NCBI GenBank assembly: GCA_943328785.2
Contig: CALQBJ020000002.1
Location: forward strand, 1-48,812
Source: Bifidobacterium breve
Lineage (GTDB): Bacteria; Acidobacteriota; Vicinamibacteria; Vicinamibacterales; CAVVIG01
DNA: 48,812 nucleotides
Direction: 5' to 3'
The position numbers and the translations under genes were made by a program. Below, piece after piece: positions 9,359-17,289 of this stretch. Positions within the stretch are counted from its first letter, which is position 1; every line of letters starts with the position of its first letter. The notes beneath the pieces are model-generated. The model was not told the origin of the DNA, ran no database searches, and saw only the letters and a list, made by a program, of their open reading frames with translations.

Positions 9359-10234
9359 CTACCGCCGCGCGAGGCGCGCTTCGATACCCGGCAGCGCGGC
9401 CAGCAGCACATCGCCCACTGCCTGCAGGCTGCGGGCACTGAGCTGCTCGATGGTGTCCATCGGCGTGTGCCACGCGTCGTACTCGAGGTCGATGATATCG
9501 ACCGACGGGATACCAGCCTCGAGGAACGGCAGGTGGTCGTCCTCGATCTCCGTCACATCGTTGATGAACACCTCGTCGAGCTTCTGGGTGCGGGCGGCGC
9601 TCCAGATGGCGTCGGTGAGCCAGCGCGTCGAGTTCAGGTCGCGGCGGACGCGCAGGTCGCGGTCGCCGATCATGTCGACGAGCAGCATCGCCTTCAGCGA
9701 CGCCAGCGTGCCGGTCTGCTTCGCCACCTCGACGTAGTGGCGGCTGCCGTAGGTATGGTCGGGCGCCTGCCACTCACCGACCGCTTCCTCGCCGTCGAGG
9801 AAGAGCAGCTCGATGGTGAGCGCGTGCTTGCGGTCCTTCAGCACCCGCGCGAGTTCGATCAGGAACGCCGTGCTCGAGCCGCCGTCGTTCGCGCCAACGA
9901 AGCGGAACTCGCGGTAGCGCTTCGTGTCGAAGTGGCCGGCGATGACGATCCGGTCGGTGCTGGCGCCGGGGATGGTGCCGATGAGGTTGACCATGTGGAC
10001 GCGTCCGGCAGGCGTGGTGTCGTCCCACGCCTGTTCGACGACGTTCACCTTCAGCTGCGCGAGCTGGGTCTTGATGTACTGACGGGTCTGGTCGATGGCC
10101 GGGGAGCCGGCGGGGCGGGGGCCGAAGGCGAGGACGGCGCGGAGATGGTCCCAGGCGCGGCTCGCATCGAAGCGCGGCGCTGCCGCAGGGGTCTGCAGCA
10201 GCACCAGCGCCAGGACGAGAGCCGGCCGGAACAC
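9359..10234 (-). CDS. M28-family peptidase / glutaminyl-cyclase-like protein, secreted
   Basis: IVIAGHFDTK, FVGANDGGSSTAFLIELARVL, LLFLDGEE, LLVDMIGD and DDHLPFLEAGIP are typical M28/QC metal-ligand blocks. GTG at 10234 gives a signal peptide and sits 1 nt after the gltA stop (TAA-C-GTG). The track start at 10306 is a TTG overlapping gltA by 70 nt. Confidence 0.8.
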   Translation of the reverse strand: MFRPALVLALVLLQTPAAAPRFDASRAWDHLRAVLAFGPRPAGSPAIDQTRQYIKTQLAQLKVNVVEQAWDDTTPAGRVHMVNLIGTIPGASTDRIVIAGHFDTKRYREFRFVGANDGGSSTAFLIELARVLKDRKHALTIELLFLDGEEAVGEWQAPDHTYGSRHYVEVAKQTGTLASLKAMLLVDMIGDRDLRVRRDLNSTRWLTDAIWSAARTQKLDEVFINDVTEIEDDHLPFLEAGIPSVDIIDLEYDAWHTPMDTIEQLSARSLQAVGDVLLAALPGIEARLARR

Positions 10235-10235
10235 G

Positions 10236-11528
<1,293 letters not shown>

Positions 11529-11593
11529 GGGCCGTTCCAAGTCGTCAGTCGGCTACCGGTCCGCACCGTGCGGCTGCCGCGCCCCCCCCGACT

Positions 11594-11788
11594 TCAGAAG
11601 TTGTCCTCGTTGTCGTCGCCGACCTCGACTGCCGGATTCACCGGCTCCGCGGCCACGCGATAGGTGCCGTCCGCCCAGTGCGCCAGGTCCTGCAGCTTGC
11701 ATCGCTCGCTGCAGAAGGGCCGCCATTTCGCCTCGACCGGATGTTTCCGGCAGAAGACGCAGAGCGGCACCCTGTGCTCTGGGGACAT
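11594..11788 (-). CDS. yacG: DNA gyrase inhibitor YacG-like zinc-binding protein
   Basis: CVFCRKHPVEAKWRPFCSERCKLQDLAHWADGTYRV matches the YacG CxxC...PFCSxRCxxxDLxxW pattern. 64 aa with an acidic tail. Confidence 0.8.
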   Translation of the reverse strand: MSPEHRVPLCVFCRKHPVEAKWRPFCSERCKLQDLAHWADGTYRVAAEPVNPAVEVGDDNEDNF

Positions 11789-11804
11789 CGTCTCATTCTA
11801 TGCG

Positions 11805-11828
11805 AAAAAAATAGGCCGCGCGCGGCCT
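11805..11828 (-). terminator. Rho-independent terminator after phoU
   Basis: On the minus strand, the palindromic hairpin AGGCCGCGCGCGGCCT (11828-11813), then A and T7 (11811-11805), 21 nt after the phoU stop. Confidence 0.8.
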
Positions 11829-11849
11829 AGGTAGGCGAGGGGCCGACGT

Positions 11850-12536
11850 TCAGGGGCGACCCTGCACGCTGTGGTGCCGGACGTCGCGGGCGGAGACGAT
11901 GAAGATGACATCTTCGGCGACATTGGTGGCGTGGTCGCCGATGCGTTCGAGGTGCCGCGACACCAGGATCAGGTCGAGCGCCGGCTCGATGGTGGTCGGG
12001 TCCTGGAGCATGTAGGTGAGCAGCTCGCGGAAAATCTGTGTTTTTAGCGCGTCGAGTCGGTCATCCTCGTCGAGCACGTGCTGCGCCAGGTCGACATCGC
12101 GGCGGACGAACGAGTCGAGCGCGTCGCGCAGCATGTTCTGCGCGATGTCGGCCATCAGCGGGATGTCGATCAGCTTCTTGACTGGCGCATGGCCGGCATA
12201 ACGCCGGGCGGCCTCGGCGATGTTCACGGCCAGATCGCCGACCCGCTCGAGGTCGGCGTTGATCTTTACCGCCGAGACGATCGTCCGGAGGTCGGCCGCC
12301 ATCGGCTGGTAGAGCGCCAGCAGCTTGAAGCAGCGGTTGTCCACCTCGAGGTGCAGCCGGTTCACGGCTTCGTCGGCGACCAGCACCCGGTCGAGCACCG
12401 GACGGTCGCGCGTCATCAGCCCCTGCACCGCCAGGCGCACATGTTCCTCGGCCAGCCCGCCCATTTCGAGGAGCCGTGCCTTCAACTGTTCCAGTTCATC
12501 CTGAAAGTGGCGCGTGACGCGCTCGACCGGCTCCAT
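11850..12536 (-). CDS. phoU: Phosphate signalling complex protein PhoU
   Basis: Two PhoU repeats (ADLERVGDLAVNIAE; RHLERIGDHATNVAEDV). The start overlaps the pstB stop by 1 nt (TAATG). Confidence 0.95.
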   Translation of the reverse strand: MEPVERVTRHFQDELEQLKARLLEMGGLAEEHVRLAVQGLMTRDRPVLDRVLVADEAVNRLHLEVDNRCFKLLALYQPMAADLRTIVSAVKINADLERVGDLAVNIAEAARRYAGHAPVKKLIDIPLMADIAQNMLRDALDSFVRRDVDLAQHVLDEDDRLDALKTQIFRELLTYMLQDPTTIEPALDLILVSRHLERIGDHATNVAEDVIFIVSARDVRHHSVQGRP

Positions 12537-13363
12537 TAACCGAACCTCCCAGTGACGTAGTCTTCCGTCAGTTTTTCAGACGGCGCGGTGAAGATCCTGT
12601 CCGTCCGGTCGCACTCAATGAGGCGGCCGAGCCAGAAGAACGCGGTGGTGTTCGACACGCGCGCCGCCTGCTGCATGTTGTGCGTGACGATGACGATGGT
12701 ATACCGGGCTTTCAGCTGGTAGATCAGTTCTTCGATGCGCTGCGTGGCAATCGGGTCGAGTGCGGATGCCGGTTCGTCCATCAGCAGGATCGCCGGCTCG
12801 ATGGCGAGTGCGCGCGCAATACACAGGCGCTGCTGCTGACCACCGGACAGGGCCAGCGCCGAGCTGTGTAGCCGGTCCTTCACTTCGTCCCAGAGCGCCG
12901 CCGACTTGAGGCTGGCCTCGACGCGTCCACCGAGTTCTTCCTTCGACGAGGTCATGCGGTTGATGCGCAGGCCGTACGCCACGTTCTCGAAGATCGACTT
13001 GGGGAACGGGTTCGACTTCTGGAAGACCATCCCGACCTTGCGGCGGAGCGCCACGATGTCGACAGAGGGCGCGTAGATGTCCATCCCGTCGACGAGCACC
13101 GTGCCCTCGAGCCGCGCGCCAGGGATGATGTCGTTCATCCGGTTGAGCGAGCGGAGGAAGGTGGACTTACCGCAGCCGGACGGACCAATGAACGCAGTGA
13201 CCTGGTTCGGTTGGATCGTGAGGGCGATATCCTGCAGGACGCGATTCGTGCCGTAGTAGAAGTTCACGCCCGAGACGTCGATCTTCGGCGGCTGCGCGGT
13301 GGTCGTCTGTGCGTCGCCGGGGACCACGGAGACCGTCGGCGCCAAGGCGGCTGTCAGCAGCAT
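12536..13363 (-). CDS. pstB: Phosphate ABC transporter ATP-binding protein
   Basis: GPSGCGKST Walker [15 protein letters not shown] signature, LLMDEP Walker B. The PstB-typical FYYG and the C-terminal YVTGRFG are present. Confidence 0.95.
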   Translation of the reverse strand: MLLTAALAPTVSVVPGDAQTTTAQPPKIDVSGVNFYYGTNRVLQDIALTIQPNQVTAFIGPSGCGKSTFLRSLNRMNDIIPGARLEGTVLVDGMDIYAPSVDIVALRRKVGMVFQKSNPFPKSIFENVAYGLRINRMTSSKEELGGRVEASLKSAALWDEVKDRLHSSALALSGGQQQRLCIARALAIEPAILLMDEPASALDPIATQRIEELIYQLKARYTIVIVTHNMQQAARVSNTTAFFWLGRLIECDRTDRIFTAPSEKLTEDYVTGRFG

Positions 13364-13482
13364 GTAGTCAGAGTAGCCTCAGGCGCCGGCAAAGGAGTTT
13401 CGGCTGTGTAAAATCTCGCATGGGCCAGCTCGCCGGAGCCAGCGGGCAGTTGCTCCGGACGGCTGAGTTGCCCAGGCAGCAC

Positions 13483-13710
13483 TTAGCGCTTCTTCGCCTT
13501 CGCCTTCGTCTTCGCCGGCTTGGCAGCCTTCTTCGCTTTCTTCCCCTTCGCTGCCTTCCCCTTCGGAGCGGGCGCCTCGTCGTTCGCCTCAGCAGGCGGC
13601 GGATTGAGGAGCGCGACGACCTCGCTCAGCTTCTTCTCGAGCTTGCTCCGCTTCTTTTCGAGTTTCGCCCGCTTGCCCTCGGTCAGGCCCTTGCTCTTCG
13701 TTGCTGCCAC
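13483..13710 (-). CDS. Small basic Lys/Ala-rich (histone-H1-tail-like) protein
   Basis: Coiled-coil-like N-terminal part (KRAKLEKKRSKLEKKLSE) and tail KGKAAKGKKAKKAAKPAKTKAKAKKR. GTG at 13710 is preceded by AAGGAG with a 6-nt spacer. The track ORF extends to 13848 without an obvious RBS. Confidence 0.6.
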   Translation of the reverse strand: MAATKSKGLTEGKRAKLEKKRSKLEKKLSEVVALLNPPPAEANDEAPAPKGKAAKGKKAKKAAKPAKTKAKAKKR

Positions 13711-13906
13711 GATGCGCTCCTTGGTTGTCTTGTGAACAGTGCCGGCTGAGACCCGAGCCGACCGTCCCGAGAGCGTACTGCCCGACCGTTTGAACGGCGT
13801 GTAAATTCTTTTTGTCGTTGATGTAACTGAATCGCTCCCTGCGCCCATTGCGCGTGCCGACAGTCCGCGGATGACGGGGACAGCCGACCCGTGCTGGTTG
13901 CGGCGA

Positions 13907-13928
13907 CGTTACAGGGCGGACGTATCGT
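13907..13928 (+). promoter_or_regulatory. CGTTACAGGGCGG 13-mer plus a -10-like TATCGT upstream of the response-regulator gene
   Basis: The 13-mer is identical to 44776-44788. Geometry is TTACAG-N8-TATCGT, with the ATG 10 nt downstream. Confidence 0.35.
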
Positions 13929-13938
13929 CAGGGGCCTT

Positions 13939-14613
13939 ATGAGTACGGGGATCCTGCTGGTTGAAGATGATCTGCACATGGCCGACATCCTGCGGCACGG
14001 CTTCGAGCAGTGCGGCCACTCGGTGGCCGTCGCACACGACGGCGCCGACGGCCTGAGCCTTGCGGTTCGCCAGGAGTTCGGCGCGATTGTCCTCGACGTG
14101 ATGCTGCCGGTGCTGGACGGCTTCCAGGTGGCCACTGAACTCCGTCGTCGCGGCAACCAGACGCCGATCCTGATGTTGACGGCGCGCGACTTCGAGAGCG
14201 ACGTGATCCGCGGCCTCGACGCCGGCGCCGAAGACTACATGACCAAGCCGTTCTCGTTCCTGGAATTGGCGGCCAGGATCCGGGCCTTGATGCGACGGCG
14301 CCAACCCGCCGCCGAGCACTTTCAGGTTAGTGACCTCGTCCTCGACACCAGCGCGCACTCGGTGACGCGCGCGGGCCAGCCGCTGTGCCTGAGCCGTACG
14401 CAGTTCCGATTGCTCGAGGTGCTGATGCGCGCCGCTGGCCAGGTGGTGCGTCGACGCGACCTGATCGACGACGTCTGGGGGCGGGACGTCTGGGTCGAAG
14501 ACAACACGCTCGACGTCGCCATCGCTGCGCTCCGCGCCGCGGTTGACAAGGGACAGGCGAGGCCCCTCATCAAGACCGTGCGCGGTTTCGGCTATCGGCT
14601 CGACCAGGGATGA
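13939..14613 (+). CDS. OmpR-family response regulator
   Basis: Receiver domain (ILLVEDD, VLDVMLPVLDG, LMLTAR, DDYMTKPF) plus a winged-helix output domain (VRGFGYRL). ATG at 13939. Confidence 0.9.
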   Translation: MSTGILLVEDDLHMADILRHGFEQCGHSVAVAHDGADGLSLAVRQEFGAIVLDVMLPVLDGFQVATELRRRGNQTPILMLTARDFESDVIRGLDAGAEDYMTKPFSFLELAARIRALMRRRQPAAEHFQVSDLVLDTSAHSVTRAGQPLCLSRTQFRLLEVLMRAAGQVVRRRDLIDDVWGRDVWVEDNTLDVAIAALRAAVDKGQARPLIKTVRGFGYRLDQG

Positions 14614-16004
14614 CGCTCCCGATTCGGCTCCGGCTGACCATCGTCTACTCCGGTGCGTTTCTCGTGGTCATCGCCCTGCTAGCGCTCGGCACCTACGCCA
14701 GCGCTCGAGCCGCGCTGAACACGGTGGCCGACCAGCAACTGGACGTCCGGCTCGAGGGCCTCGAGGATCACCTCTCGCGACACGTGGGCCGCGTCGCCTG
14801 GCCGGAACTGGCCGACTCGCTCCAGCAGCATCCCGCCTTCGAGCCGGCGCACCTGCGCATCGCAGGACCCGATGGTGCCGTGCTGTTCGAGTCCGCCGCC
14901 ATGCGCGATCTGCGGGTGACGTACCGGCCGGCCGTGGACCGGGCCACGCTGGTGGCCGATGGGCACCGGCTTCGCATCCTCATGACGCGCCGGCACATCG
15001 CAGGCGTGACCTACGACATCGCCCTCGGTGCCGACCTGCTCATTGCCACCGCCATCCTCGACCGTCTGTGGCTCGTGCTGCTGATCGCCACTCCGGCCGT
15101 GCTGTTGGCCACCTCCGGCGCCGGCTACTGGCTGAGTGGCCGCGCGCTCGCGCCGCTCTCCGCCATTGCCGACGCGGCGCGCCGCATCGACTCCACGAGG
15201 CTCAGCGAGCGACTGGTCATTTCACACACCGGCGATGAAGTGCAGCAACTGGCCTGCACATTCAACAGCATGCTCGATCGGCTCGAGGAAGGATTCCGGC
15301 ATACCTGCCAATTCAGTGAGGACGCGTCGCACGAACTGCGGACGCCGCTCGCCATCGTGCGCGCGGCTGCGGAGGTGGCGCTGCTGAGCGACGCGACCAA
15401 CCCGCAGGTCTATCGCGACAGCCTGCGTCGCATCCTGCACGAAGCTGAGGACTCGTCGCGCCTCCTTGAAGACCTGCTCTTCCTGGCCCGCACCGACTCC
15501 GGCGCCGACCCCGGCCGCAGAGAGCCCGTGGAGCTGATGGGCAGCGTCGATGCCACCTGCACCCAGATCACACCGTTAGCCGACGCGCGCGGCGTCAGCA
15601 TCGCTCGCCTGCACGCCGGTGACGCGGACGTCGTCGAGGCGGACCCGCGTCAACTGCGCCGGCTCTGGCTGATCCTGCTCGACAACGCCGTGAAATACAC
15701 CGCGCCTGGCGGACGTGTCGTCGTGTCCAGCGGTCACACCGACGACGGGCGGCCGTTCTGTGCGATGGCCGACACCGGGGTGGGGATTGCATCCGAGCAC
15801 CTCCCCCGGTTGTTCGAGCGCTTCTACCGCGTGGACAAGGCTCGCTTGCGCGGCGATGGATCCGGATTGGGGCTGGCCATCGCCCAGACGATCGCGCGGA
15901 GCCACGGTGCGACGATCGAAGTGGTCAGCCGTCCAGGCGCAGGCACGACCGTCCGCGTGACCTTCGCCCGTGCGCTGCGCCAGCGTCTCGACAAGGCGAG
16001 CTGA
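14610..16004 (+). CDS. Sensor histidine kinase (two TM helices, periplasmic loop, HAMP-HisKA-HATPase)
   Basis: ATGA overlap with the regulator gene. H-box SHELRTPLA, N-box LLDNAVKYT, G-boxes DTGVGI and GSGLGLAI. Confidence 0.9.
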   Translation: MTLPIRLRLTIVYSGAFLVVIALLALGTYASARAALNTVADQQLDVRLEGLEDHLSRHVGRVAWPELADSLQQHPAFEPAHLRIAGPDGAVLFESAAMRDLRVTYRPAVDRATLVADGHRLRILMTRRHIAGVTYDIALGADLLIATAILDRLWLVLLIATPAVLLATSGAGYWLSGRALAPLSAIADAARRIDSTRLSERLVISHTGDEVQQLACTFNSMLDRLEEGFRHTCQFSEDASHELRTPLAIVRAAAEVALLSDATNPQVYRDSLRRILHEAEDSSRLLEDLLFLARTDSGADPGRREPVELMGSVDATCTQITPLADARGVSIARLHAGDADVVEADPRQLRRLWLILLDNAVKYTAPGGRVVVSSGHTDDGRPFCAMADTGVGIASEHLPRLFERFYRVDKARLRGDGSGLGLAIAQTIARSHGATIEVVSRPGAGTTVRVTFARALRQRLDKAS

Positions 16005-16027
16005 CGGATTCGGCGGGCGCGCGCCAC

Positions 16028-16047
16028 TCCTCAGGCGATTCTCAGGT
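16028..16047 (+). promoter_or_regulatory. Direct repeat TCCTCAGGC / TTCTCAGGT with 11-bp periodicity; candidate OmpR-family binding site
   Basis: CTCAGG at 16030-16035 and 16041-16046, between the kinase stop (16004) and the PepSY gene start (16114). Confidence 0.3.
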
Positions 16048-16113
16048 TGCCGCGACGCCTCCGCAACATCGCATCACTAGCATGGCTCTGCGTTGGTTGT
16101 TCCGGAGCAGACC

Positions 16114-17247
16114 ATGTCCCCACACACGATACGAAGAGTTCTCGCCGTCACGCACCTCTGGCTTGGCCTGATCGGCGGCCTGGTGTTCAGCCTGCTCGCC
16201 GTGAGCGGAGCCATCGTCACGTTCAGGCCGCAGATCGCCACCCTGTTGTCTCCGCCGGCAATTGCTCGCGCCACCTGCGTGCCGCTCGACTGGAACCAGG
16301 CGCAGCGCGACATCGAGGCTGCGGCGTTGGCACCGATCAATCGCATCTATGCGCCGAGCGGCAACGACCCGCGCTACCACCTCCGCATGCGGACCGACGT
16401 GGATGCGATCTACGCCCACGTGATCTACGACGCGTGTGCTGGCGCAGTACTCGGCACCGTGCCGATGGCCTGGATGGACTGGCTGGTCGACTTCCATCAC
16501 AACTTCCTCGCGGGTCGTACCGGACGGCAGTTCGTCGGGCTGGCCGGACTGGGCCTCTTCCTCAGCGGTCTCGGTGGCCTGCTGTTGATTCTGTTGTCGC
16601 GCCCGAAGGTCAGGCGACTGCTGCAGATTCAACTGTCCGGCAGTGCGCGGCGCGCCATGTTCGACCTGCACCGCACTGTTGGAACGGCCAGCGTCGTCCT
16701 CCTCTTGCTGCAGGCATTCACCGGTCTGTGGCTCTGCTTCCCGCAGCCGCTGCGCGCGGTGCTCGCCCTTGTCGCGCCTCTCGAGGCCGAGACGCGCGCT
16801 GCACGAGGCGAGCCGTCACCAGGACCGGCAGCAGGGCTCGGCGACCTGTTCGCCGCCGCGCAGCGCGCCATTCCGGACGGCGTGATTCGCGAAGTGCGGA
16901 TGCCGGACGGCACCGGCAACGTCCAGGTGCGGATGTGGCGGCGGGGCGACTTCCGGTCGCTTGGCAACAACGTCGCGTCGCTCGACCGCGTCACGACGGC
17001 CGTGCGCGGCCTCGACGTCTACGACACCAAGCCTGGCGGCAACCGCATCGTGCAGGCCATGTCCGGGCTGCACTACGCCGAGTGGGGCGGCCTGCCGTAC
17101 CGCACGCTGTACGGATTCTCCGGTGCTGCCAGCCTCCCGCTGTTCCTGAGCGGCGCCGGGTACTGGTGGCTCCGCACACGCCGCCGCTCGGGTGTCATCA
17201 GGACCGCTGTCGGAGCTGCCGACGCCACCGCCGCTGAACCCGCCTGA
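16114..17247 (+). CDS. PepSY-associated TM-helix membrane protein (PiuB-like)
   Basis: Repeated H-x-W/H-x-x-G helices (VTHLWLGLIGGLVF; FHHNFLAG; FDLHRTVG; GLHYAEWGG). GGAG lies 6 nt upstream of the ATG at 16114. Confidence 0.85.
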   Translation: MSPHTIRRVLAVTHLWLGLIGGLVFSLLAVSGAIVTFRPQIATLLSPPAIARATCVPLDWNQAQRDIEAAALAPINRIYAPSGNDPRYHLRMRTDVDAIYAHVIYDACAGAVLGTVPMAWMDWLVDFHHNFLAGRTGRQFVGLAGLGLFLSGLGGLLLILLSRPKVRRLLQIQLSGSARRAMFDLHRTVGTASVVLLLLQAFTGLWLCFPQPLRAVLALVAPLEAETRAARGEPSPGPAAGLGDLFAAAQRAIPDGVIREVRMPDGTGNVQVRMWRRGDFRSLGNNVASLDRVTTAVRGLDVYDTKPGGNRIVQAMSGLHYAEWGGLPYRTLYGFSGAASLPLFLSGAGYWWLRTRRRSGVIRTAVGAADATAAEPA

Positions 17248-17289
17248 TTCGCCTCGTTCCCTTTCGAGCGTCACTTTCGGGACACACAC

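Noticed and set aside
13404-13421. CTGTGTAAAATCTCGCAT, a 12/18 match to the E. coli Pho box, upstream of pstB
   Set aside because: Its orientation is inverted relative to pstB, and the second heptamer is poor. It is kept only as a note in the pstB-phoU finding.
13490-13600. Tandem-repeat-like CTTCGCC/CTTCTTC tract
   Set aside because: It is the coding sequence, on the antisense strand, of the Lys/Ala-rich tail. It is low-complexity coding DNA, not an independent repeat element or CRISPR.
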